Assembly: GCA_012295275.1 (NCBI GenBank)
Contig: CM022668.1
Coordinates: forward strand, 11,222,001-11,286,000
From: Chrysomallon squamiferum
Lineage: Eukaryota > Animalia > Mollusca
Direction: 5' to 3'
Length of the DNA stretch: 64,000 nt
In this document: positions 14,101 through 23,000 of the stretch, piece after piece
How positions within the stretch are numbered: position 1 is the first letter of the stretch
Layout of the letters: each line of letters opens with the position of its first letter
The notes under the pieces: model-generated
Databases searched by the model: none
Told to the model about the DNA's origin: nothing
The model's input: only the letters and a program-made list of their open reading frames with translations
Program-made: the position numbers and the translations under genes

Positions 14101-16195
14101 TCACATTATATTTATATTTTAATATTTATTTATGTTACAGAGTGTTATCTATGGAATGCTGTTTGCATTTGGCTATCAAGTGATGTCAAGATACATGCTG
14201 ATCAATGACAGTCATCAGGAAAATCTCTTTTCAAAGCAGCTGTCCTGGATTTTGTTTTCAGTTGGAATTCTTGGAATAGGGGTGAGATAATTATTTTAGT
14301 ACTTGATGTAGGTGGAAGGTTATTTTGGTTGTAAGGTGAAATAAATTGTTTAATGTTTGGTGTTTTAAGATAATTAGATGAAATATATAGTCTAATATTC
14401 TAAGGGTGAGTTCATTATTGTAATGGGGTGAGATAGTTTTCTTAATATTAGATGTAGAAATGAATTCTTTATCATGATTAAGATAATTGGATAAGATAAT
14501 TATTTTAATACTCCTTACTAAACTATTGTAGGCGATTCTGATGATTATTTTAATGTTAGATGTAAGTTATATGTATCAGATACTTTGTTTTAAATTTATT
14601 ATTAGCTAATAGACAAAAAGAACAATGTGCAATTTGAACTTATTTTTCATTTTCATACTTAATATTTAATTCTATAATAAAAAATAATTTTATTAATATT
14701 GATGGTTATTTTAATTTTGTTAAAGCTTTGTGTAATTGTTTTTACTTGTTTTGTTTTCAGAGTTATGTAGCTTTTTCTTGTTTGTGTCCAAACAAAATTC
14801 AGTGTAATTTAGTTCATCCATATATTGTGTTTATACCAGTAAGTATATCTTTTACAATCTCGTCTTTTTATTTTTATTCTTTTTCTTTTTCATTTTCTTC
14901 TTCTGTTTTCTCCTCTTCTTCCTCCTCCTTTTCCTTTTGATGATAATTATGATATAAATATGTTAAATGTAATTTATAAATTTAATCCTAAACATTTTCT
15001 TTAAATAAAGCAGTTACTTAGTAGATTCCAGTTTAGATGATTATGGTGATGGTGTTAATGATACTGGTGATTACTATTGTAACTATTATTGTTGATATTG
15101 TTGATATTATAATTAATATAGTAGTGGTAGCAGTAATAGTAATATTAGTAGCAGTAGCAGTGATAATTCTAGTCTGGTATTGGTAATGGTGTTTGTTGTC
15201 ATAGTAGCATTGTTAGTAGTAGTAGTAGTACTAGTAGACATAGCAACAGTAGTAGCAGTATCATTATTATTATTAAAAAGACTCTAGTTTAGATCATAAC
15301 TGCATTCAGTTATTCTAAATAATTAGTGCATTTTAATTAGAAAGACTGAACAAAAGATGCAACAGATAATTGACTTTTATTTATTACTTTTTACTTTTAT
15401 TCTTCAGATACTTTCTTATATAATTCTACGCAATATTCCTGGTTGGCTACGTACTCGTTACAGCTGTTTCTTTGCCTGGTTTGGCAAAATCTCATTAGAA
15501 GTGAGTAATATTGTAAAAGACAATTCAAGAATGAGGTGGGTTGGGGTGGGTTAGAATGGAAAGGCAATGAGTAGATAAATTATCACCCAAATTGACAGAG
15601 ATGTAATGAAAGTAATCCTATACTAACTGTTACTTATCATAATGTGTCTGTGTCAAATATTTATTTATTGACTTTGTATTTTATTGGAAGTGGATATCTA
15701 AATATTGGTAGTAATATTAATGTACTGTTTGCTTTTCTCTCTTTCTGTCTCTCAGTATAATTTATGATCTGCATGTAAAATGTATCATCTACAAGTATAC
15801 TTTATGATCTGTAATTTATCTTCAGTAAGTGTAATGTATCATCTGTAAGTATAATTTATCATCTGTAAATGTAAGTATAGTGTATCATCAGTAAATGTAA
15901 TTTGCATGTATATATTTATTTATTTATTTCTGTTTTTCAGTTGTTTATAAGTCAGTATCATGTGTGGCTGGCTGCTGACACATACGGCGTTCTTGTTTTG
16001 GTTCCCAACTACCCCGTTCTCAACGTCATTCTCACGTCCTTCATCTTTGTCTGTCTGAGTCATGAAATTCACAAAATAACTTCAATTCTCACAAAGTACG
16101 CTGTGCCTAGTGAGTGGAAACTCTTACTCAGAAACCTTATCTTTTTCATAGCCCTTCTTCTTCCTATCTGTGTCACCAATGGATTAGTTTTCTAA
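366..16195 (+). CDS. CASD1: CAS1 domain-containing protein 1 (N-acetylneuraminate 9-O-acetyltransferase homologue), 5'-partial; 18 coding exons in window, about 658 aa
   Basis: Exons 366-476, 3004-3055, 3271-3342, 4153-4243, 4579-4684, 5081-5205, 5958-6028, 6189-6309, 6816-6924, 7429-7518, 7807-7926, 11806-11962, 12363-12442, 13585-13689, 14141-14281, 14761-14838, 15408-15500, 15941-16195. All introns are GT-AG and phases join into one open frame. Recognised CASD1 motifs: [31 protein letters not shown] (DxxH), YCN...[61 protein letters not shown]. The N-terminus with the GDS serine lies upstream of the window. Confidence 0.95.
603..2559. mobile_element. Unclassified non-autonomous TIR DNA transposon (about 1.96 kb) in a CASD1 intron
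   Basis: Terminal inverted repeats TAGGTACCGGCAG (603-615) and CTGCCAGTACCTA (2547-2559), 12/13 match. Flanked by a direct repeat CTCAGAG (596-602 and 2560-2566). The interior near both ends is more GC-rich than the host intron. No transposase recognised. Confidence 0.7.
3004..3055 (+). CDS. CASD1: CASD1 exon
   Basis: tttcag|[17 protein letters not shown]|gtgaa. Confidence 0.9.
3271..3342 (+). CDS. CASD1: CASD1 exon
   Basis: tgcag|(V)[23 protein letters not shown]|gtaag. Confidence 0.88.
4153..4243 (+). CDS. CASD1: CASD1 exon
   Basis: ttcag|(D)[29 protein letters not shown]|gtatg. Confidence 0.88.
4579..4684 (+). CDS. CASD1: CASD1 exon with catalytic DxxH motif
   Basis: tacag|(L)[35 protein letters not shown]|gtatg. 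Confidence 0.88.
5081..5205 (+). CDS. CASD1: CASD1 exon
   Basis: tgcag|[41 protein letters not shown]|gtata. Confidence 0.9.
5200..5460. repeat. Degenerate ~22-bp tandem repeat beginning at a CASD1 splice donor
   Basis: Recurring TTTTATCATTTA(G/A)TA units. The donor context GTTTGGTATAGCCTT recurs as GTTTGGTGTAGCCTT near 5336. Confidence 0.6.
5958..6028 (+). CDS. CASD1: CASD1 exon
   Basis: ttcag|(C)[23 protein letters not shown]|gtgag. Confidence 0.82.
6189..6309 (+). CDS. CASD1: CASD1 exon
   Basis: ttaag|(E)[39 protein letters not shown](R)|gtaac. Confidence 0.85.
6816..6924 (+). CDS. CASD1: CASD1 exon
   Basis: ttcag|[36 protein letters not shown]|gtaag. Confidence 0.9.
7429..7518 (+). 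CDS. CASD1: CASD1 exon
   Basis: ttcag|[30 protein letters not shown]|gttag. Confidence 0.93.
7807..7926 (+). CDS. CASD1: CASD1 exon
   Basis: ttcag|[40 protein letters not shown]|gtgag. Confidence 0.93.
7930..9075. repeat. ~21-bp minisatellite (GTATATCAGTGTTATATACAG-like), intronic
   Basis: Dozens of degenerate copies, best preserved at 8910-9000. It explains the overlapping low-complexity ORFs at 8799-9075. Confidence 0.85.
9305..9965. repeat. Highly degenerate repeat with recurring AGCATTC core
   Basis: More than a dozen AGCATTC occurrences in the same orientation, spaced about 20-40 bp apart in the densest part. Confidence 0.6.
10110..10520. repeat. Degenerate ~35-bp minisatellite (CTCTCAATGCTTTGTTAGARTTCTCTGCCT-like)
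   Basis: About ten diverged tandem copies visible by eye. Confidence 0.75.
11675..11820 (+). repeat. Triplicated splice-acceptor region of CASD1 exon 11806
   Basis: TTATGAGTTTTTAT...TCAG|GTTCTSTTTAGARTGA occurs three times (AG ending at 11706, 11759 and 11805). Confidence 0.85.
11806..11962 (+). CDS. CASD1: CASD1 exon
   Basis: ttcag|[52 protein letters not shown]|gtaag. Confidence 0.93.
12363..12442 (+). CDS. CASD1: CASD1 exon
   Basis: tgcag|(S)[26 protein letters not shown]|gtaag. Confidence 0.88.
12788..13541 (-). mobile_element. Tigger/pogo-type DNA transposon, internally deleted, with a pseudogenised CENP-B-like HTH transposase N-terminus
   Basis: TIRs CAGTGGTATCTTGACTTACGAG and CTCATAATTCGAGGTACCACTG, with TA on both flanks. 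The minus strand reads [84 protein letters not shown], typical of TIGD1/Tigger N-termini. The DDD catalytic region is absent. Confidence 0.9.
13585..13689 (+). CDS. CASD1: CASD1 exon
   Basis: ttcag|[35 protein letters not shown]|gtaag. Confidence 0.93.
13680..14185 (+). repeat. Donor-derived (~49 bp x3) and acceptor-derived (~75 bp x3-4) tandem repeats filling CASD1 intron 13690-14140
   Basis: GATAGATATGTAAG...TAGTATTTATATTAATTTA..TGTGGA three times, then repeated TGTTATCTATGGAATGCTGTTTG(T/C) units whose last copy is the real exon start. Confidence 0.8.
14141..14281 (+). CDS. CASD1: CASD1 exon
   Basis: tacag|[47 protein letters not shown]|gtgag. Confidence 0.9.
14761..14838 (+). CDS. CASD1: CASD1 exon
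   Basis: ttcag|[26 protein letters not shown]|gtaag. Confidence 0.92.
15408..15500 (+). CDS. CASD1: CASD1 exon
   Basis: ttcag|[31 protein letters not shown]|gtgag. Confidence 0.93.
15941..16195 (+). CDS. CASD1: CASD1 last coding exon
   Basis: ttcag|[47 protein letters not shown]...[13 protein letters not shown]. Confidence 0.93.
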   Translation: MFISQYHVWLAADTYGVLVLVPNYPVLNVILTSFIFVCLSHEIHKITSILTKYAVPSEWKLLLRNLIFFIALLLPICVTNGLVF

Positions 16196-19100
16196 TCTGA
16201 ACATTTTCATGAAAACCAGTTTATTAAATATCTGTGTGTTCTGCTACATGTAGTGGTGGTCAGTTTTCAAAAAGAATGAGTTGACAACAAACATTCACTT
16301 ATTAATTAAAGTTATTTGTTAATTTATTTTATTTTCATTATTTTATTTTATTTTATCTTTTCTTTTATTTATTTTATGTTTTGTTTTATTATTTTATTTA
16401 TTATTTTTTAATTTATTTATTTGTTAATTTATTATAATGATTATTTTTATTGTTATTATCACCACTAATATTATTGTTATCATTTTCATTATTATTTTTG
16501 TGATTATTATTACTCGTGTTTATCATTTTTATATTGATATCATCTTACATTGTCATTACTGATATTATTAAACTGTTTTTATCTTGAACATTTCAATATG
16601 TTTATTTAGGTTTGTTTATTTAGCAATATGCACATAAAATACTTATTCTTGCACAAAATTCTGAGTGTATTTTAGATTTTCTTTAATGAGCTGTAGGTTT
16701 GTGATCATTTTACATATATGACTATAAAAGGTGTAAATGTCTGTATGTTCCTATATATACATAAATATATATATAAAATGTATGTAACTGTGTTTATTTA
16801 TCAAGTTATTTATTAACTGAGATTAGGATTTTATCATTTGAATGGGCATCATAACATTCACAGCTAATATTTTGTGATTTATGTGTGGATTGAAATTAAA
16901 AATGTTTGAGATTTTTACAGAACTTGGCAGGAACTATATAGATTATATATATATATATAATGTTAGTTTTTGTAGTCCCTTACAAAAATAAAAGCAGATT
17001 ATATATTCTACTGTGTGTAGAATAAAATTACAAACGTGAAATTTAATTTTTATTCTGGCATTCTGTTTGAATTTGTTTAACTTTTTGAAATAGTTGTTAT
17101 ATCTGGAATCAGTTAAAACTTGTATCACAAACTGATTCAGGAAAGAAAATGAAACTTTATTTATTTATTTTATTTTATTATTAATTTGTTGGGTTTTTGG
17201 GTGGTTTTTTTTTTTTTTTTTTTTTTTTTTTATATTTTATACTTGCAATCAGTGATGTTAATAAACTTAGTCAACAAATGCAATAACTAAACATTAACAT
17301 CACATTATTTACATGCAGTAGAGTCTGTTTATCTTCCTATATTTAAATAATTATATTTGAGGTGGGTATATAAAATATTACATTTCATGTGGTTAAATGA
17401 AATATTTATATTTAAGGTGATATTATCACTTAGGATTAAAATGTTGATTTTGTACATATCAAATTGACTTCATGAATTAGACTTTTTTTCAGTGAAAGGG
17501 ATTTCATTGTTTTGCATGTTTTGTATGTTTTATGCTTGGGGAATAGCAAATCATGGTTTATATCATCTATTTGAAATTGATATCATCAACATTATAATAA
17601 ATACATTTTTATTATTATTGTTATTAATAATAGCCACAGCTAATAAATTTTATTATCTTTAAATGTACGTGTGTGAAACAACAGAGAAAAAGAGATTGTG
17701 TGTATGTGTGTATGAGAAAAACCTATGTATTTGTATGAATAAAAAGATGTACAAAATTTGTACATATTATAAATAGTGTTATATTAATTTTATGTAAATA
17801 AATAACTTTGTCATACACGTTTGTTTTTGTTTTGTGTTTTTCTTTTATACTGATATATAATTTAATGATTTTCTTGTCCGATGGGATATTAGTTTAGACA
17901 TGATGTTATATATATATATATATATATATATATTGCATATATATTTAATTTTTTATCATTATTATTTTTATATTTATTTTGTTTATTATTATTATTATTA
18001 TTATTATTTACAAGCCGTGACGAATTCCCAACTTCAAAATGTTGCGCTAATTTACTATCGTAAAGCAGAATGAGAAATATGAGTGTATTTTGTTAGGCGA
18101 ATAATTGAACATTAGAAAACAAATCTTAAAACAAACAACAGAAAACGGTCCATTACGCTGAACAGATTATTTAAATGGAACATTTAGACCTATCTTCTTT
18201 CAAATTCTGTCTTGTATTTTTACAGATAATCTCAGTATTTGTTGTTCAATAGCCAATTGAAGTGAAGTAGTAGTACCCGATTCGTGAACAACAACCTCTC
18301 AGGAACGACAACTCTATATTGTCGTTTGCAAAAGTAAACTAAAAATTACTTATTTACGAACGACAACTCCTACTCAGGAATTATCTCATGTTCGTGTGTC
18401 AATTGAAACAGGCTTGATACATTAAACTCAGTAAGTCTACCTCTGTTAAGGTCTTCATGCGTTTTATTAAATAGATAAGGCAAATTTGATAACGATATCT
18501 CTGGATTTTTGAAAACTGAAATGATTTATCTTTTACACTCTTATAGATATTTTCTAATGGGTTTTCCTTTTCACAGTTGGGATTATTTTATTTAACTTTT
18601 TTCTTAAATTTTTCTTGCTTTTAAATTTTGTTTTAATTTAATTTTTTTAAATTTATTTATTTATTTTTAATATATTTACTTAATTATTTTTCTTTGATTG
18701 AAATTTGACTAAATAATTTTAATGCTAATTATAGATTGTAAAAATGCAGAATATATTCATAATAACGAAATTAACTTTTTGTGAAACGCTGTAAAACAAA
18801 TTAAATAATGTAAATTACGCTGAATAAACACAGAGTACAGTCTAAATAAATTAAACCTCATAATGTTCCTGTTAAAATTATGGTTTAATTTAAGTATAAA
18901 AAGTTTACTTTAAAATGACTGCTATGCCGACGGCTCGATTATTGTTTCGAACGCTGTTTTTCTTGCGTTATCTGAAAACCAGGATTTTAATTTATTTATT
19001 TATTTATTTATTTATTTTTTTTTTTTTTTTTTTTTTTTTTTTGAAAAGTAAATGGAATTCTGTTTATAAATTACAAGCATTATTGTTATTACGTCATCAG

Positions 19101-19343
19101 ACGCTCCATTTCCTGTATGGACATAGGTTTTGCACGAGTAAGATAATGTTAACTGACATTTTCTCCGAAATTTGTAGATAGCGTTTCTAGAATTATTTGT
19201 TCTCAATGAACTGCTATTAACATCAAAAAATCAACAAATATGTTGCATGTATGTGTGTTTGTGTGCGTTATGTATGTAAGTGTATTAAACATATCTGGAT
19301 ATGTTAGACATGAACATAATTAGTACTATCCTTTGCAGCTGTG

Positions 19344-19399
<56 letters not shown>

Positions 19400-19729
19400 T
19401 TAAGCGGTTTAGATATCAAAGGACAATTTTTAATACGATTACCATTTTAAAGCAACAAATAAATTGTTATTTAAGAACATTTTGTTTTGATGTATAGTTT
19501 TTGTAGGCGACAGTGATATCAATACGCGTCGGTCTGCTTCTCTCGAGAGCGCTGAGTTAATAAATAAAAGAGTTAGTTTCATATAATTTTATATTATTTA
19601 ATAACTAGGGTTACTAATTTATCAGCTTTATCCTGCTCGGCAGAGAGTCACCGCAGTTCGCAATTCTAACCTTCACGTAAAAAACCTGGTATTTTAAAAT
19701 AGAAATCAGTTATTCTTTTTTTAAATACA

Positions 19730-19823
<94 letters not shown>

Positions 19824-19833
19824 TACATACATA

Positions 19834-20062
19834 CAGTGGTACCTTGACTTACGAGTTTAATTCGTTCCGTGACCGAGTTTGTAACGCAGTTTGCTCGTAT
19901 ATCAAACCACTTTTCCCTAATGAAATTAATTGAAATATCATTAATCCATTCTGGCCCCCCAAAAACTATCCCACTTTTTTGTAATGTGTTTCTAAATAAG
20001 AAAATTGTATAAATGACAAATATTGTATAAAAAAAAAAAAAAAAAAAAAATGCAAAGAAATT
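19834..20062 (-). mobile_element. Truncated second copy of the Tigger/pogo element (one TIR only)
   Basis: TA then CAGTGGTACCTTGACTTACGAGTTTAATTCGTTCCGTGAC..., colinear with 12788-13020, then cut off by the satellite array. Confidence 0.85.
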
Positions 20063-20071
20063 GCTTTTTTT

Positions 20072-23000
20072 AGGCTACCTGTAATCTCCAGGGTCATATT
20101 ATTTCTCATATAAGCATTAAATTCGAATAAAATGTATGTAACCCTAGCTTTAAGACTAACCCTAAAGTAACCCTAACCCTAACCCTAACCCTAACCCTAG
20201 CTCAGGTGATAAAAGTAATCCAAAAGAAGTCCGGAACATTAATTCTTATCCTAACGCTACTTCTAATCTCCAGCCTCATATTATTTCTATCAGAAGCATC
20301 AAACTCGAATAAAATTTATGTAACCCTAGCTATAAGGCTAACCCTAACCCTAACCCTAACCCTAACCCTAACCCTAGCTCAGGTGATAAAAGTAATCCAA
20401 AAGAAGTCCGGAACATTAATTCTTATTCTAAGGCTACTTCTAATCTCCAGCCTCATATTATTTCTATCAGAAGCATCAAACTCGAATAAAATTTATGTAA
20501 CCCTAGCTTTAAGGCTAACCCTAACCCTAACCCTAACCCTAGCTCAGGTGATAAAAGTAATCCAAAAGAAGTCCGGAACATTAATTCTTATTCTAAGGCT
20601 ACTTGTAGTCTCCAGGGTCATATTATTTCTAACATAAACATTAAACTCGAATAAAATTTAGGTAACCCTAGCTTTAAGGCTAACCCTAACCCTAACCCTA
20701 ACCCTAACCTTAACCCTAGCTAAGCTCGTAAAACTAATCCTAAACTAGTCCGGAATATTAATTCTTATTCTAAGGCTACCTGTAATCTCCAGGGTCATAT
20801 TATTTCTCATATAAGCATTAAACTCGAATAAAATTTATGTAACCCTAGCTTTAAGACTAACCCTAAAGTAACCCTAACCCTAACCCTAACCCTAACCCTA
20901 GCTCAGGTGATAAAAGTAATCCAAAAGAAGTCCGGAACATTAATTCTTATTCGAAGTCCTACTTCTAATCTCCATTATTATTTCTTATCCTAACGCTACT
21001 TCTAATCTCCAGCCTCATATTATTTCTATCAGAAGCATCAAACTCGAATAAAATTTATGTAACCCTAGCTATAAGGCTAACCCTAACCCTAACCCTAACC
21101 CTAACCCTAGCTCAGGTGATAAAAGTAATCCAAAAGAAGTCCGGAACATTAATTCTTATTCTAAGGCTACTTGTAGTCTCCAGGGTCATATTATTTCTAT
21201 CAGAAGCATCAAACTCGAATAAAATTTATGTAACCCTAGCTATAAGGCTAACCCTAAAACCTAACCCTAACCCTAACCCTAACCCTAGCTCAGGTGATAA
21301 AAGTAATCCAAAAGAAGTCCGGAACATTAATTCTTATTCTAAGGCTACTTGTAATCTCCAGGGTCATATTATTTCTATCATAAGCATTAAACTCGAATAA
21401 AATTTATGTAACCCTAGCTTTAAGACTAACCCTAACCCTAACCCTAACCCTAACCCTAACCCTAACCCTAGCTCAGGTGATAAAAGTAATCCAAAAGAAG
21501 TCCGGAACATTAATTCTTATCCTAAGGCTACTTCTAATCTCCAGCCTCATATTATTTCTATCAGAAGCATCAAACTCGAATAAAATTTATGTAACCCTAG
21601 CTATAAGGCTAACCCTAACCCTAACCCTAACCCTAACCCTAGCTCAGGTGATAAAAGTAATCCAAAAGAAGTCCGGAACATTAATTCTTATTCTAAGGCT
21701 ACTTGTAGTCTCCAGGGTCATATTATTTCTAACATAAACATTAAACTCGAATAAAATTTAGGTAACCCTAGCTTTAAGGCTAACCCTAACCCTAACCCTA
21801 ACCCTAACCCTAACCTTAACCCTAGCTAAGCTCCTAAAACTAATCCTAAACTAGTCCGGAATATTAATTCTTATTCTAAGGCTACCTGTAATCTCCAGGG
21901 TCATATTATTTCTCATATAAGCATTAAATTCGAATAAAATGTATGTAACCCTAGCTTTAAGACTAACCCTAAAGTAACCCTAACCCTAACCCTAACCCTA
22001 GCCCTAACCCTAGCTCAGGTGATAAAAGTAATCCAAAAGAAGTCCGGAACATTAATTCTTATCCTAACGCTACTTCTAATCTCCAGCCTCATATTATTTC
22101 TATCAGAAGCATCAAACTCGAATAAAATTTATGTAACCCTAGCTATAAGGCTAACCCTAACCCTAACCCTAACCCTAACCCTAGCTCAGGTGATAAAAGT
22201 AATCCAAAAGAAGTCCGGAACATTAATTCTTATTCTAAGGCTACTTGTAGTCTCCAGGGTCATATTATTTCTAACATAAACATTAAACTCGAATAAAATT
22301 TAGGTAACCCTAGCTTTAAGGCTAACCCTAACCCTAACCCTAACCTTAACCCTAGCTAAGCTCCTAAAACTAATCCTAAACTAGTCCGGAATATTAATTC
22401 TTATTCTAAGGCTACCTGTAATCTCCAGGGTCATATTATTTCTCATATAAGCATTAAATTCGAATAAAATGTATGTAACCCTAGCTTTTAACCCTAGCTT
22501 TAACTTTAACCCTAACCCTAACCCTAACCCTAACCCTAAGCCCTAACCCTAGCTCAGGTGATAAAAGTAATCCAAAAGAAGTCCGGAACATTAATTCTTA
22601 TCCTAACGCTACTTCTAATCTCCAGCCTCATATTATTTCTATCAGAAGCATCAAACTCGAATAAAATTTATGTAACCCTAGCTATAAGGCTAACCCTAAC
22701 CCTAACCCTAACCCTAACCCTAGCTCAGGTGATAAAAGTAATCCAAAAGAAGTCCGGAACATTAATTCTTATTCTAAGGCTACTTCTAATCTCCAGGGTC
22801 ATATTATTTCTATCAGAAGCATCAAACTCGAATAAAATTTATGTAACCCTAGCTATAAGCTATAAACCCTAACCCCCCTAGCTATAAAACCCTAACCCTA
22901 ACCCTAACCCTAACCCTAACCCTAGCTCAGGTGATAAAAGTAATCCAAAAGAAGTCCGGAACATTAATTCTTATTCTAAGGCTAATTCTTATTCTAAGGC

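Noticed and set aside
19500-19690. Telomerase RNA or snRNA gene (minus-strand TAACCCTAG near 19604-19612; GAAGGTTAG resembling U6atac)
   Set aside because: The matches are only 9 nt, and no pseudoknot, H/ACA box, Sm site or extended similarity was recognisable by eye.
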